A stretch of 62,059 nucleotides of DNA, taken from assembly GCA_013388645.1 (NCBI GenBank), contig JACAEV010000197.1, positions 1 to 62,059 on the forward strand, read 5' to 3'. Positions 48,815 to 57,290 of this stretch are shown here, piece after piece (the stretch's first letter is position 1; every line of letters begins with the position of its first letter). The stretch comes from Syntrophaceae bacterium. GTDB taxonomy: Bacteria > Desulfobacterota > BSN033 > UBA1163. Both the position numbers and the translations under genes were made by a program. The notes below the pieces were generated by a model. The model did no database searches and had not been told where the DNA came from. It worked only from the letters and a program-made list of their open reading frames with translations.

Positions 48815-49885
48815 ATGCAAGATCTTTATGAGAAATTACGCAAGAAACTTGATAGACATCCGATGGGTACCCCTGCGCACCCAACTATTTTAAATATCCT
48901 TAAGGAACTATTCACACCTGATGAGGTTCGTCTGGCGTTAAGTATGAGCTTTAAGAGTTTAGAGATAGAAGAGATTGCAAAAAGGGCTGGCGTTCCAACA
49001 CTTGAAGCTTCTTCTTTGTTAGAGAGCATGGCTGACAAGGGGCTAATATACTGCACGAAAAACAAGGGGCGAATCCGATACACTCTTATTCCACCCATGC
49101 CAGGTTTCTTTGAATTTAGTCTTGTCAAGGGAGAGGAGACGGCCCAGACTCGACGACTCGGTGCGCTTTGGGAAGATTATTTTAAAAGTGCCTTGGGCCA
49201 TTCTATGCACAATACAAGAATCCCTATGAGCAGGGTGATATCTGTGAACAAGAAAATATCTTATGGGGTGGCTATACTTCCCTATGAAGAGTCACTTGAA
49301 ATTGTTAAAAAAGCCAATAAGGTGGCTTTAGGCCAATGTCAATGCCGATTTTCAGCTCGAAACTGTGATGCTCCGCTTGATGTTTGCATCTTATTAGAAG
49401 GTTGGGCAGAATTCTTGGTCGATAGGAAGTTGGCGCAATCCATTTCGGTTGAGGAGGCGATTGATGCCTTACAGAGAGCTGAAGCAGCGGGTCTTGTTCA
49501 TATGACAACCAATACGAAAACGCCGGTTCCCTATATTTGTAATTGCTGTTCTTGTTGCTGTTATATGCTTCGTGGAGTTGTTGAGCTTGGGTACAGAGAC
49601 CTGGCTTCCTCCAGATTCATCGCCTTTGTAGATGAAGAAACTTGCACGGGATGTAATGCATGTGTTGAGATTTGCAAGTTTAAAGGTGTAGAAGTTAATG
49701 AAGAGGGGGTAGCTAAGGTGATAAAAGATTATTGTATGGGTTGCGGTCTTTGCAGCTCGGCATGCCCGGAGGATGCAATCTCGATGGTTCAACGGAGTGA
49801 TTACCACGAACCGTATAATTCGGGTAGAGACCTATTGCTAGATATTGCCAAAGATAAAAATAAGCTGAACTTTGAATTATCTTAG
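48815..49885 (+). CDS. Cys-rich Fe-S protein with a C-terminal 2x[4Fe-4S] ferredoxin domain (putative electron-transfer partner)
   Basis: 356 aa. Motifs 'CQCRFSARNCDAPLDVC', 'YICNCCSCCCYMLRG', 'CTGCNACVEICKF' and 'CMGCGLCSSACPEDAI'. There is no TM segment. Confidence 0.7.
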   Translation: MQDLYEKLRKKLDRHPMGTPAHPTILNILKELFTPDEVRLALSMSFKSLEIEEIAKRAGVPTLEASSLLESMADKGLIYCTKNKGRIRYTLIPPMPGFFEFSLVKGEETAQTRRLGALWEDYFKSALGHSMHNTRIPMSRVISVNKKISYGVAILPYEESLEIVKKANKVALGQCQCRFSARNCDAPLDVCILLEGWAEFLVDRKLAQSISVEEAIDALQRAEAAGLVHMTTNTKTPVPYICNCCSCCCYMLRGVVELGYRDLASSRFIAFVDEETCTGCNACVEICKFKGVEVNEEGVAKVIKDYCMGCGLCSSACPEDAISMVQRSDYHEPYNSGRDLLLDIAKDKNKLNFELS

Positions 49886-49915
49886 AGATTAAAACAACAG
49901 ATAGAGGGGGAAGAG

Positions 49916-50698
49916 ATGAATTACAAATACATACTATTTTCAAGAATGGACCGTGTGGGCAGAATAGAGGTTAATCGTCCTGAAAGTTTGAATTCTGTGA
50001 CGATCGATGTCATGAGAGAGCTTGATTATGCCATCAAAGAGATTGAAGATGATGAGCATCTTAGAGGGGTCATCATAACGGGGGCTGGGGACAAAGCGTT
50101 CATTTCAGGCGGTGATATAAAGTATATGGAAAAGATTACAGCGAGAGAGCTGCTCAATGAACAAACAGAGGGGCAAGAGATTATACAGAGGATGGAGGAG
50201 CTTAGAAAACCAATGATTGCTCGAATCAATGGAATTGCTCTGGGTGCCGGCACTGAGATCGCCCTTGCCTGCGATATTAGGATTGCCTCTGAAAAGGCGC
50301 GCTTTGGGTTGCCAGAGATAACGCTTGGGATCATCCCTGGTTATGGCGGGACCCAACGATTACCTCGTTTGATTGGTAGCGGTAAAGCTAAGGAGTTAAT
50401 GATGACAGGCGACATTATCTCTGCCGAGGAGGCTTATAGGATAGGCTTGGTTAACAGGGTGGTCCCCCATAATCAATTGGACGCAGAAGTGGATAGTGTG
50501 GCCAAGAAGTTGTGTGAACGGCCACCCCTTGGTCTGCAAATGGTTAAGGAAGCTATAAATTACGGCATGCAGATGGATCTTCATAGTGCAATCCGCATGG
50601 AAGCACGCCTCTTTAACATCCTTTTTAACTCTGAGGACAAAAAAGAAGGTATGGCAGCTTTTTGGGAGAAGCGGAAGCCCGCTTTTAAAGGGCGATAA
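49916..50698 (+). CDS. Enoyl-CoA hydratase (crotonase)
   Basis: 260 aa. Motifs 'GRIEVNRPESLNS', 'GAGDKAFISGGD', 'INGIALGAGTEIALACDIR', 'GLPEITLGIIPGYGGTQR' and 'EKRKPAFKG'. Confidence 0.9.
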   Translation: MNYKYILFSRMDRVGRIEVNRPESLNSVTIDVMRELDYAIKEIEDDEHLRGVIITGAGDKAFISGGDIKYMEKITARELLNEQTEGQEIIQRMEELRKPMIARINGIALGAGTEIALACDIRIASEKARFGLPEITLGIIPGYGGTQRLPRLIGSGKAKELMMTGDIISAEEAYRIGLVNRVVPHNQLDAEVDSVAKKLCERPPLGLQMVKEAINYGMQMDLHSAIRMEARLFNILFNSEDKKEGMAAFWEKRKPAFKGR

Positions 50699-50749
50699 TA
50701 GTTAAATGCTTAAGCATGTTGCAAAATAATTCTTTGTAGGAGGAGACTA

Positions 50750-51898
50750 ATGGATTTTACTCTCACCAAAGAACAACAAGATATTATTAATGCAGCGAAA
50801 GAGTTTGCTCGGAAAGAATTTCCAGATCGTGCTCAGGAATTCGACCGCGACGAGACGTTTGACTTCGAGATCTGGAAGAAAGCATGCAATCTTGGATTTG
50901 TAGGCTTAAACATTAAAGAAGAATATGGTGGTCAAGGATTGGGAATTTTTGAGCATTGTTTGGTAACTGAGGAATTCTGGGCTGTAGACGCTGGTATTGG
51001 AACTGCGATTATTTCGACAGCCTTCGGTTCCGAGCTTTTGAGTTTATACGGGACGGAAGAACATAAAAGGAAATATTTACCCCCTCTTGTTTCTGGTAAG
51101 TCAATCATGGGAACTGCAATTACCGAACCGGATGCAGGCTCTGATGTAACTCAGGCCGTTACGACTGCGGTTAGAGATAAAGACGAATATGTTATTAATG
51201 GTTCAAAAATTTTTATTACTAACGGAGATAAGGCGGACTTTCTCGTTGTATTTTGCCGAACAGAACCCGATAACCCTAATAAGTATAACCGGTATAGTTT
51301 TATTATAGTTGAAACGAACAGAAAGGGGTTTGAGGCCAACAAGTTGCGTGGAAAACTTGGCATACGCGCCAGTGATACTGCTGAGGTATCCTTTTCAGAT
51401 GTCAGGGTACCGATTTCCAATCTCATTGGAAAAGAAGGCGAAGGGTTCAAAGAATTAATGATGTTCTTTGATTTGACAAGATTAATAGTTTGTGCTGAAG
51501 CTGTGGGAATCGCTCGGGCCGCGCTTGAAGAGGCAATAAACTACACAAAAAAGAGATGTCAGTTTGGGCAACCCATTGCATCCTTTCAAGTCACTCAATT
51601 CAAGATTGCCGAAATGGCTACGCTCATCCAAGCGGCCAAAAACCTCTATTATGAGGCCGCATGGAAAGTGGATCATGGCATGGTAGATCCGAAATTGATC
51701 GCCATGGCAAAGTGGTTTTCGGGCGAGGCGGCTGTCCGTTGCGCTGATGAAGCCTTGCAGATGCATGGAGGATACGGATATTTAGATGAATATAAGGTAC
51801 AACGTATTTATCGGGACGCTAAGGTGGTTGAGATTTATGAAGGAACAAAGGAGGTAGAGAAGATTATTGTGGCAAGAGCTTATTTACCTAAGTATTAA
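50750..51898 (+). CDS. Acyl-CoA dehydrogenase (canonical)
   Basis: 382 aa. Motifs 'AITEPDAGSDV', 'INGSKIFITNG' and 'IYRDAKVVEIYEGTKEVEKIIVA'. Confidence 0.9.
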   Translation: MDFTLTKEQQDIINAAKEFARKEFPDRAQEFDRDETFDFEIWKKACNLGFVGLNIKEEYGGQGLGIFEHCLVTEEFWAVDAGIGTAIISTAFGSELLSLYGTEEHKRKYLPPLVSGKSIMGTAITEPDAGSDVTQAVTTAVRDKDEYVINGSKIFITNGDKADFLVVFCRTEPDNPNKYNRYSFIIVETNRKGFEANKLRGKLGIRASDTAEVSFSDVRVPISNLIGKEGEGFKELMMFFDLTRLIVCAEAVGIARAALEEAINYTKKRCQFGQPIASFQVTQFKIAEMATLIQAAKNLYYEAAWKVDHGMVDPKLIAMAKWFSGEAAVRCADEALQMHGGYGYLDEYKVQRIYRDAKVVEIYEGTKEVEKIIVARAYLPKY

Positions 51899-51948
51899 TT
51901 AAAAAATACATGGTTTTAAGACTTGATTTGGAGAAGCACGAGGTTTTT

Positions 51949-53091
51949 ATGGAAATTTATTTCAAAGAGGAACATGAAATCTTCAGAAAAACAATCCAAT
52001 CATTTATTGAAAAGGAAATACTTCCTTTAGTCGATGAGGCTGAAGAAAAGGAGAAATTCCCAGTAGAACTTTTTCCAAAGATGGGGAGCCAGGGATTTTT
52101 GTGTATTAGAGTCCCTAAAACCTATGGGGGGAGAGATGGGGACAAGATTATGGAATGCATTGCTATTGAGGAGCTTACAAAGGGCAGTTCCGGGATCACA
52201 AGTGCCTTTACAACCCATGGAGGTCTGGCAACAGATCCTATTTTGCGCTTTGGAAGCGAGGATCAAAAACAAAGATATCTTGTTCCCGCTGTAAAAGGAG
52301 AAAAAATTGGAGCTTTTGGATTGACGGAGCCAGATGCTGGGTCTGATGCAGCAAGCCTTCGAGCGACAGCCGAAAAGAGGCTTGGCGGCTATCTCATCAA
52401 TGGAACAAAGACTTTTATTACAAATGGCCCCATTTGTCATTACGTGATTGTTGCTGCTTATACGGATGTGACAAAAAAAGGAAGTGGGATTAACCTCTTT
52501 ATCGTGGATAGAGAGAATCCAGGTTTCTCTGTAGTTAAGAAGTTGACTAAACTTGGACATCGCTCTACAGAGACCGGTGAGTTATCCTTTGATGACTGCT
52601 GGGTTCCTAAAGAGCAGATGATCGGCGATCAGGAGGGTGGGGGATTTAATCAGATCGAGTACACACTTCGGTCTGGAAGAATCTCAACAGGAGCCAGGTG
52701 CATTGGGTTGGCAAGGTCCATCCTCGAAGAGTCGATGTACTATGTGAGGAATGCTAAAAAACAAGGAAGGATGGTAGGAAGAAGTCAATCCGTACGTTTT
52801 TCCCTCGCCGAAATGGCTATGTACTTGGATGTCATGAAGGCCATCACCTATCGTTGCGCATGGTTGTATGACTGCGGTAAAGTTACCATGAAAGATGCTG
52901 CGATTGTGAAACTTTTCTGTACCGAAACGCTTTGTAAGATGGCATATGATGGTTTGCGATTGCAAGGCGGAGAGGCTTATTTGAATAGTAACCTCATGCA
53001 AAGGCTTCTGAGAGATTCCCGCCTGCACAGAATTCCCGAGGGAACCTCGGAAATTCAACACCTTTTGATCTTCAATGAACTTGGAATCTAA
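51949..53091 (+). CDS. Acyl-CoA dehydrogenase
   Basis: Motifs 'GLTEPDAGSDAAS', 'INGTKTFITNG' and 'LLRDSRLHRIPEGTSEIQHLLI'. The start is set at ATG 51949 (MEIYFKEEHEIF...); the track ORF starts at 51910. Confidence 0.85.
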   Translation: MEIYFKEEHEIFRKTIQSFIEKEILPLVDEAEEKEKFPVELFPKMGSQGFLCIRVPKTYGGRDGDKIMECIAIEELTKGSSGITSAFTTHGGLATDPILRFGSEDQKQRYLVPAVKGEKIGAFGLTEPDAGSDAASLRATAEKRLGGYLINGTKTFITNGPICHYVIVAAYTDVTKKGSGINLFIVDRENPGFSVVKKLTKLGHRSTETGELSFDDCWVPKEQMIGDQEGGGFNQIEYTLRSGRISTGARCIGLARSILEESMYYVRNAKKQGRMVGRSQSVRFSLAEMAMYLDVMKAITYRCAWLYDCGKVTMKDAAIVKLFCTETLCKMAYDGLRLQGGEAYLNSNLMQRLLRDSRLHRIPEGTSEIQHLLIFNELGI

Positions 53092-53110
53092 TAAGTGAAG
53101 AGGATTTTAT

Positions 53111-54211
53111 ATGGACTTTGAACTGAGCGAAGAGCAAAAAGATGTTAAAAAAGCGGCTCGGGAATTTGCGCGAGGAGAGTTCGATAATGACCGAGCTTCT
53201 GAGCTTGAACTCCAGCTGGGATTCCCTACGGAGATATGGAAGAAAGCATGCCGTCTTGGGTTCATAGGAATCTATATTCCGGAGGAGTATGGAGGACAAG
53301 GTTTGGGTTTCCTTGAAAATATCCTTGTGATAGAGGAGTTTTGTCGGAAGGATTCGAGAATTGGAAGCGCTTTAGGTTTTGCTGATTTAGGCACTGAGAT
53401 TTTATGTGCGTATGGTTCTGAAGAACAGAAGAAATTTTATCTTGTTCCCGTAGTAAGAGGTGAAAGTCTTTCAACGGTAGCATTTGATGAGCCAGAGACA
53501 TTGCCTACAGAAGGGATAAAACATGGGGAAAATATTTTGATTTGTGGGGTAAAACGGTTTGTATTGAATGGAGGGAATGCAGGTTACTATTTGGTGCCTT
53601 TCCAAATGGATGGGAGGGTATCGATTATTCTGATAGAGAAAGATAGACAAGGGATTGAGTTTATCCCCCAGGAGAAGATGGGGATGAAGATGGTATCTAC
53701 AGGGGAACTTCAGTTTAAAAATGTTTCTGTTCCGATGGATCACCTCATTGGGGAAGAAGAAAAAGATTTCTATATCTTAGAGAATTTTATTAGCCAGACC
53801 CATCTTAGGCTTGGTGCCCAGGGTTTGGGGATCGCCCAGGGAGCTTTTGACAGAGGGTTGGATTATGGCAAACAGAGGGAGCAGTTTAGCCGGAAATTGA
53901 TTCAGTTTCAAATTATTCGGCATCGGTTAGCGGAGATGGCAACGCGGATTGAGATGGTGCGTTTATTAGTTTATAAAGCTGCGTGGCTAATAGATATAGG
54001 TCGGATGGATCCAAAGCTTTGCGCAATGGCGAGGGCGAGTTCAGGGGATCTGGTTGTAGATGTGGTAGATGAGGCACTTCAGATATTTGGGGGCTATGGA
54101 TATATGAGAGAAACGGAGATTGAGCATTTTTATCGAGATGCGTGGTTGGTAGATATTTTTGGAGGGAAGAGCAATTTGAGGGACAGTATTGCCAAATGGG
54201 TAACAGGTTAA
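53111..54211 (+). CDS. Acyl-CoA dehydrogenase-like protein lacking the catalytic Glu and the FAD motif (probable non-catalytic partner subunit)
   Basis: 366 aa with overall ACAD architecture. 'VAFDEPETLPTEG' replaces 'TEPxAGSD', and 'FYRDAWLVDIFGGKSNLRD' replaces 'YRDAKxxxIYEGTxEIQ', so Glu becomes Gly. Confidence 0.75.
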   Translation: MDFELSEEQKDVKKAAREFARGEFDNDRASELELQLGFPTEIWKKACRLGFIGIYIPEEYGGQGLGFLENILVIEEFCRKDSRIGSALGFADLGTEILCAYGSEEQKKFYLVPVVRGESLSTVAFDEPETLPTEGIKHGENILICGVKRFVLNGGNAGYYLVPFQMDGRVSIILIEKDRQGIEFIPQEKMGMKMVSTGELQFKNVSVPMDHLIGEEEKDFYILENFISQTHLRLGAQGLGIAQGAFDRGLDYGKQREQFSRKLIQFQIIRHRLAEMATRIEMVRLLVYKAAWLIDIGRMDPKLCAMARASSGDLVVDVVDEALQIFGGYGYMRETEIEHFYRDAWLVDIFGGKSNLRDSIAKWVTG

Positions 54212-54566
54212 GAAATAAACAACCGATCCTAAGTTTGTTAACAGGAATGGATGAATTCGATTTTGTCCACGAGAAATAATTAAAAGCCCTTCTCCCTTTA
54301 TCATGGTTTCCGCCTTGTCTGCATTTAGTTCTTTAATAGGTTATTCAGGACTCACCATATTTGCCTTTCCTCCTGGAGAATATTTTTTCTCCGTCTACTC
54401 CCAATTTGTGGGCCCCTCTACACATTGGCGAGATGCAAGACTGCTAAGACTTTTATTAAGATAAGGAGAGGTGCTCTCTGTCAGAATCCAAGAAGACATC
54501 TATGGAAGTCGGTGTAAAAATAAATTCAATAAATTTGAAAATCTAATTCAATCAATGGAGGATGGG

Positions 54567-55709
54567 ATGGGTCCTTTAATTGGTTACAGGGTCGTGGAAA
54601 TAGTAGGGGTGGGTCCTGGGCCCATGTGTGCCATGTTACTGTCCGACATGGGGGCAGAAGTTTTGCGGATTGAGCGTATTGGAGCTGGAGGTCTCGATAT
54701 AGGAATCCCAGCTAAGTTCAATCTCTTAAATCGGGGTCGACAATCCGTAGCCATCGACTTAACAAAAAAGGAAGGAGCTGAGACTGTCCTTCGTTTGGTG
54801 GAGCGAGCAGATGCCCTGATTGAAGGCTTCCGTCCTGGTGTTGCCGAGCGACTTGGGATTGGTCCAGAGGCATGCTTCGTTCGGAACCCAAAATTGATTT
54901 ATGGTCGTATGACCGGCTGGGGACAAGAAGGCCCACTCGCTCATACCGCAGGTCATGACATTAATTATATTTCTTTGGTCGGCGCACTGCATGCCATTGG
55001 ACGAGAGGGAGAGAGGCCGGTGCCACCGCTTAATCTTGTAGGTGATTTCGGAGGGGGTGCATTGTACCTTGCATTTGGAATTGTTTGCGGCCTTCTGGAG
55101 ACTTCGAAGTCTGGTAAAGGACAGGTAGTGGATGCTGCAATGGTAGATGGAGTTGCCTCGTTGATGACTTTATTTTTTGGCCTCAAGGCTGCAGGCATCT
55201 GGACAAGCCAGCGAGGTGAAAACCTCTTAGATACAGGTGCCCATTTTTACGACGTCTATGAAACTGCAGATGGAAAATATATCTCTATTGGTTCAATAGA
55301 ACCCAAGTTTTATGCAGAACTTTTACGACTTCTTGATATAGGTGAGGAGGACCTCAGCCATCAAATGGATCGTAAGAGGTGGCCAGAGATGCATGAACGT
55401 CTCAAGGTTGTATTTAAAACAAAAACCCGCGATGAATGGTGTGCCATTATGGAAACGTCTGATGCCTGCTTCGCCCCGGTCCTATCAATGGATGAATCCC
55501 CAAACCATCCCCACAATAAAGCGCGTGGCACGTTTATAGAGATCGATGGGGTGATTCAACCAGCTCCTGCACCACGTTTCAGCCGGACTAGACCTGAAAT
55601 CCAAGGTCCGCCATCCGAGCCTGGTCAGAATACAAATGAGGCTCTTGCTGACTGGGGGTTTTCTAAGGAGGAAATCATTAAGTTGCGGAAAGCAGGAGTA
55701 ATCCAATAA
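54567..55709 (+). CDS. Alpha-methylacyl-CoA racemase-type family III CoA-transferase fold enzyme
   Basis: Motifs 'GPLIGYRVVEIVGVGPGPMCAMLLSDMGAEVLRIER', 'GHDINYISLVGALHAIGREGERPVPPLNLVGDFGGGALYLAFG'. The start is ATG 54567 after GGAGGA, or alternatively 54555. The track ORF starts at 54471. Confidence 0.8.
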   Translation: MGPLIGYRVVEIVGVGPGPMCAMLLSDMGAEVLRIERIGAGGLDIGIPAKFNLLNRGRQSVAIDLTKKEGAETVLRLVERADALIEGFRPGVAERLGIGPEACFVRNPKLIYGRMTGWGQEGPLAHTAGHDINYISLVGALHAIGREGERPVPPLNLVGDFGGGALYLAFGIVCGLLETSKSGKGQVVDAAMVDGVASLMTLFFGLKAAGIWTSQRGENLLDTGAHFYDVYETADGKYISIGSIEPKFYAELLRLLDIGEEDLSHQMDRKRWPEMHERLKVVFKTKTRDEWCAIMETSDACFAPVLSMDESPNHPHNKARGTFIEIDGVIQPAPAPRFSRTRPEIQGPPSEPGQNTNEALADWGFSKEEIIKLRKAGVIQ

Positions 55710-55792
55710 GAGTATAAAAGATCAGAGAAAAATTGGAATCTTATGTTTGAAAGCTAATTCCAAAAAATGGGAGTGGAAAGCAAAGGAGACTG

Positions 55793-56326
55793 ATGAAGAA
55801 GCTTGTTCATACCAGAGAAATCTCAATACAAACTTCCGATATGGGAGACCATCGCATCCTTTTGGAGGGTAGCCTCATAGACCACCGGTTTCAGCCAACG
55901 CATAACGAGGCCTCAGAGGAGTCCGGGCTTGTTCACCATATGGTTATTCGATTGAAGGTCAAGGGGCCTGGGTTGTTGATCGAACAAGCAGAAGCGACCA
56001 TGCCTCATCATCCGAGAGAAGAATGCCCAGAGGTGCTTCCTTAAATCCGGAATTTGGAAGGATTGGGGATCGCCCCAGGTTACATTATGAAGGTAAAGAG
56101 AGTCATTGGAGGCGCAAAGGGGTGTGCACACCTGACGAGCCTCGTCATCGCCATGGGGGAGTCTGTTGTCCAGGGATACTGGTCTGCCTATGGGGAGAAA
56201 AGAAGAAGGGGTCTTAGTGAACAGGCCATAAAAAAATTCATCAATACCTGTCATCTTTGGAAGGAGGATGGTCCTATCGTAAAGGAGCTACGTGAGAGTT
56301 GGAGACCTCAGGGATCATCAGAATAA
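55793..56326 (+). pseudogene. DUF2889-family gene interrupted by an in-frame TAA (56042-56044)
   Basis: The two track ORFs (55793..56044 and 56054..56326) are in the same frame. The joined sequence reads '...HHMVIRLKVKGPGLLIEQAEATMPHHPREECPEVLP*IRNLEGLGIAPGYIMKVKRVIGGAKGCAHLTSL...', which is continuous with the DUF2889 pattern (H.M...P...C....L.G..I..G.....GG..GC.HL). Confidence 0.65.
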
Positions 56327-56523
56327 AGAAGGCCTGCCGGTGAAGTTTTCAGCAAAAATTTAGCCAGACGCCAACTATTATCTATATTATTTAAATTATG
56401 AAAGTCACAACCTCTGCAGAAAGTTTTTGTTAAAATAAATAAATTTCCAACACATGGACTGATTTTTTGGTGTCGGAGGAAATCACAAAATTATGTTAAT
56501 GGGGGTCAAGGAAAGTAGATATC

Positions 56524-57067
56524 ATGCGTAAGTTGAGAGATTACAGCGGGCAATTAAATCCTAACATAAAGCTTGGGAATTTTTCTAAGGACGGCCTTGT
56601 AAGGTTGCTCAAGATGTATAGTAGGTTGTATTTAGCGGTAGACGGTTTTTGGTATCTCGCAGTTAAGGAAAAGGTGAATAATGACATGGCATTGACTTGT
56701 GGGTCTGGGAGAAACAGTGTAGGAATGAAATAAGGAGAATCACTAAACTACTTAATATCCAGGGAAAGGACGTTATATCGTTTTTCCAAGCTTATCAGTT
56801 CAGTCCATGGATTTGGAATATGCAATATGAGATTGAGGTCAAAAGCAGTAACTTAGGTATACTAACCGTTACTCAATGGTCTACATTGGAGGCGTTGGAG
56901 AAGGAGGGTGAAGGAAGAGAAAAGACGTTCCATAAGGACGTGGAGCCTATAATGTTTAAGGTGTACGTCGATTGGTTCAACACCCCAAAATTGGAGCGAA
57001 CTACATAAAGTTGCCGCCACGAAAAAACAATGATGAAATTGCTTGCCAGTGGGGATTTAAAATGTAG
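56524..57067 (+). pseudogene. DUF6125-like gene with two frameshifts and lost Cys positions
   Basis: It reads in three frames: '...LYLAVDGFWYLAVKEKVNNDMA', then 'IDLWVWEKQCRNEIRRITK...DWFNTPK', then 'IGANYIKLPPRKNNDEIACQWGFKM*'. The shifts lie near 56688-56697 and in CCCCAAAA at 56983-56990. Confidence 0.55.
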
Positions 57068-57290
57068 ACTCTGGATATGAAATCTCTCACTATTTGTAAT
57101 GGAAGAGTAAGTGATTTGAAAGAGGGAAGTCGTAACAGGGCATAGGAAAATTTAAGATGGTTCGGCAAAGGAACTCGAAGAGATGTTTAAGGAGATTGTA
57201 GGGGGGTGGCTTGAGATAAATACGATGGGAGTAAAAAATAATTTAAGTCATCTTGTTCTGGTTTGAAAATCTAAGGAAGGAGGAAACTGA

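Noticed and set aside
54303-54467. A 54-codon ORF (MVSALSAFSSLIGYSGLTIFAFPPGEYFF...) in the 355-bp spacer upstream of the racemase gene.
   Set aside because: It has no Shine-Dalgarno sequence and no recognisable family, and is below a confident length. It is probably non-coding leader or promoter sequence.
56042-56044. The in-frame TAA in the DUF2889 gene as programmed read-through or recoding.
   Set aside because: TAA is the least leaky stop codon, I recognised no downstream recoding structure, and the neighbouring gene is also broken. I treated it as a pseudogene or possible sequencing error.
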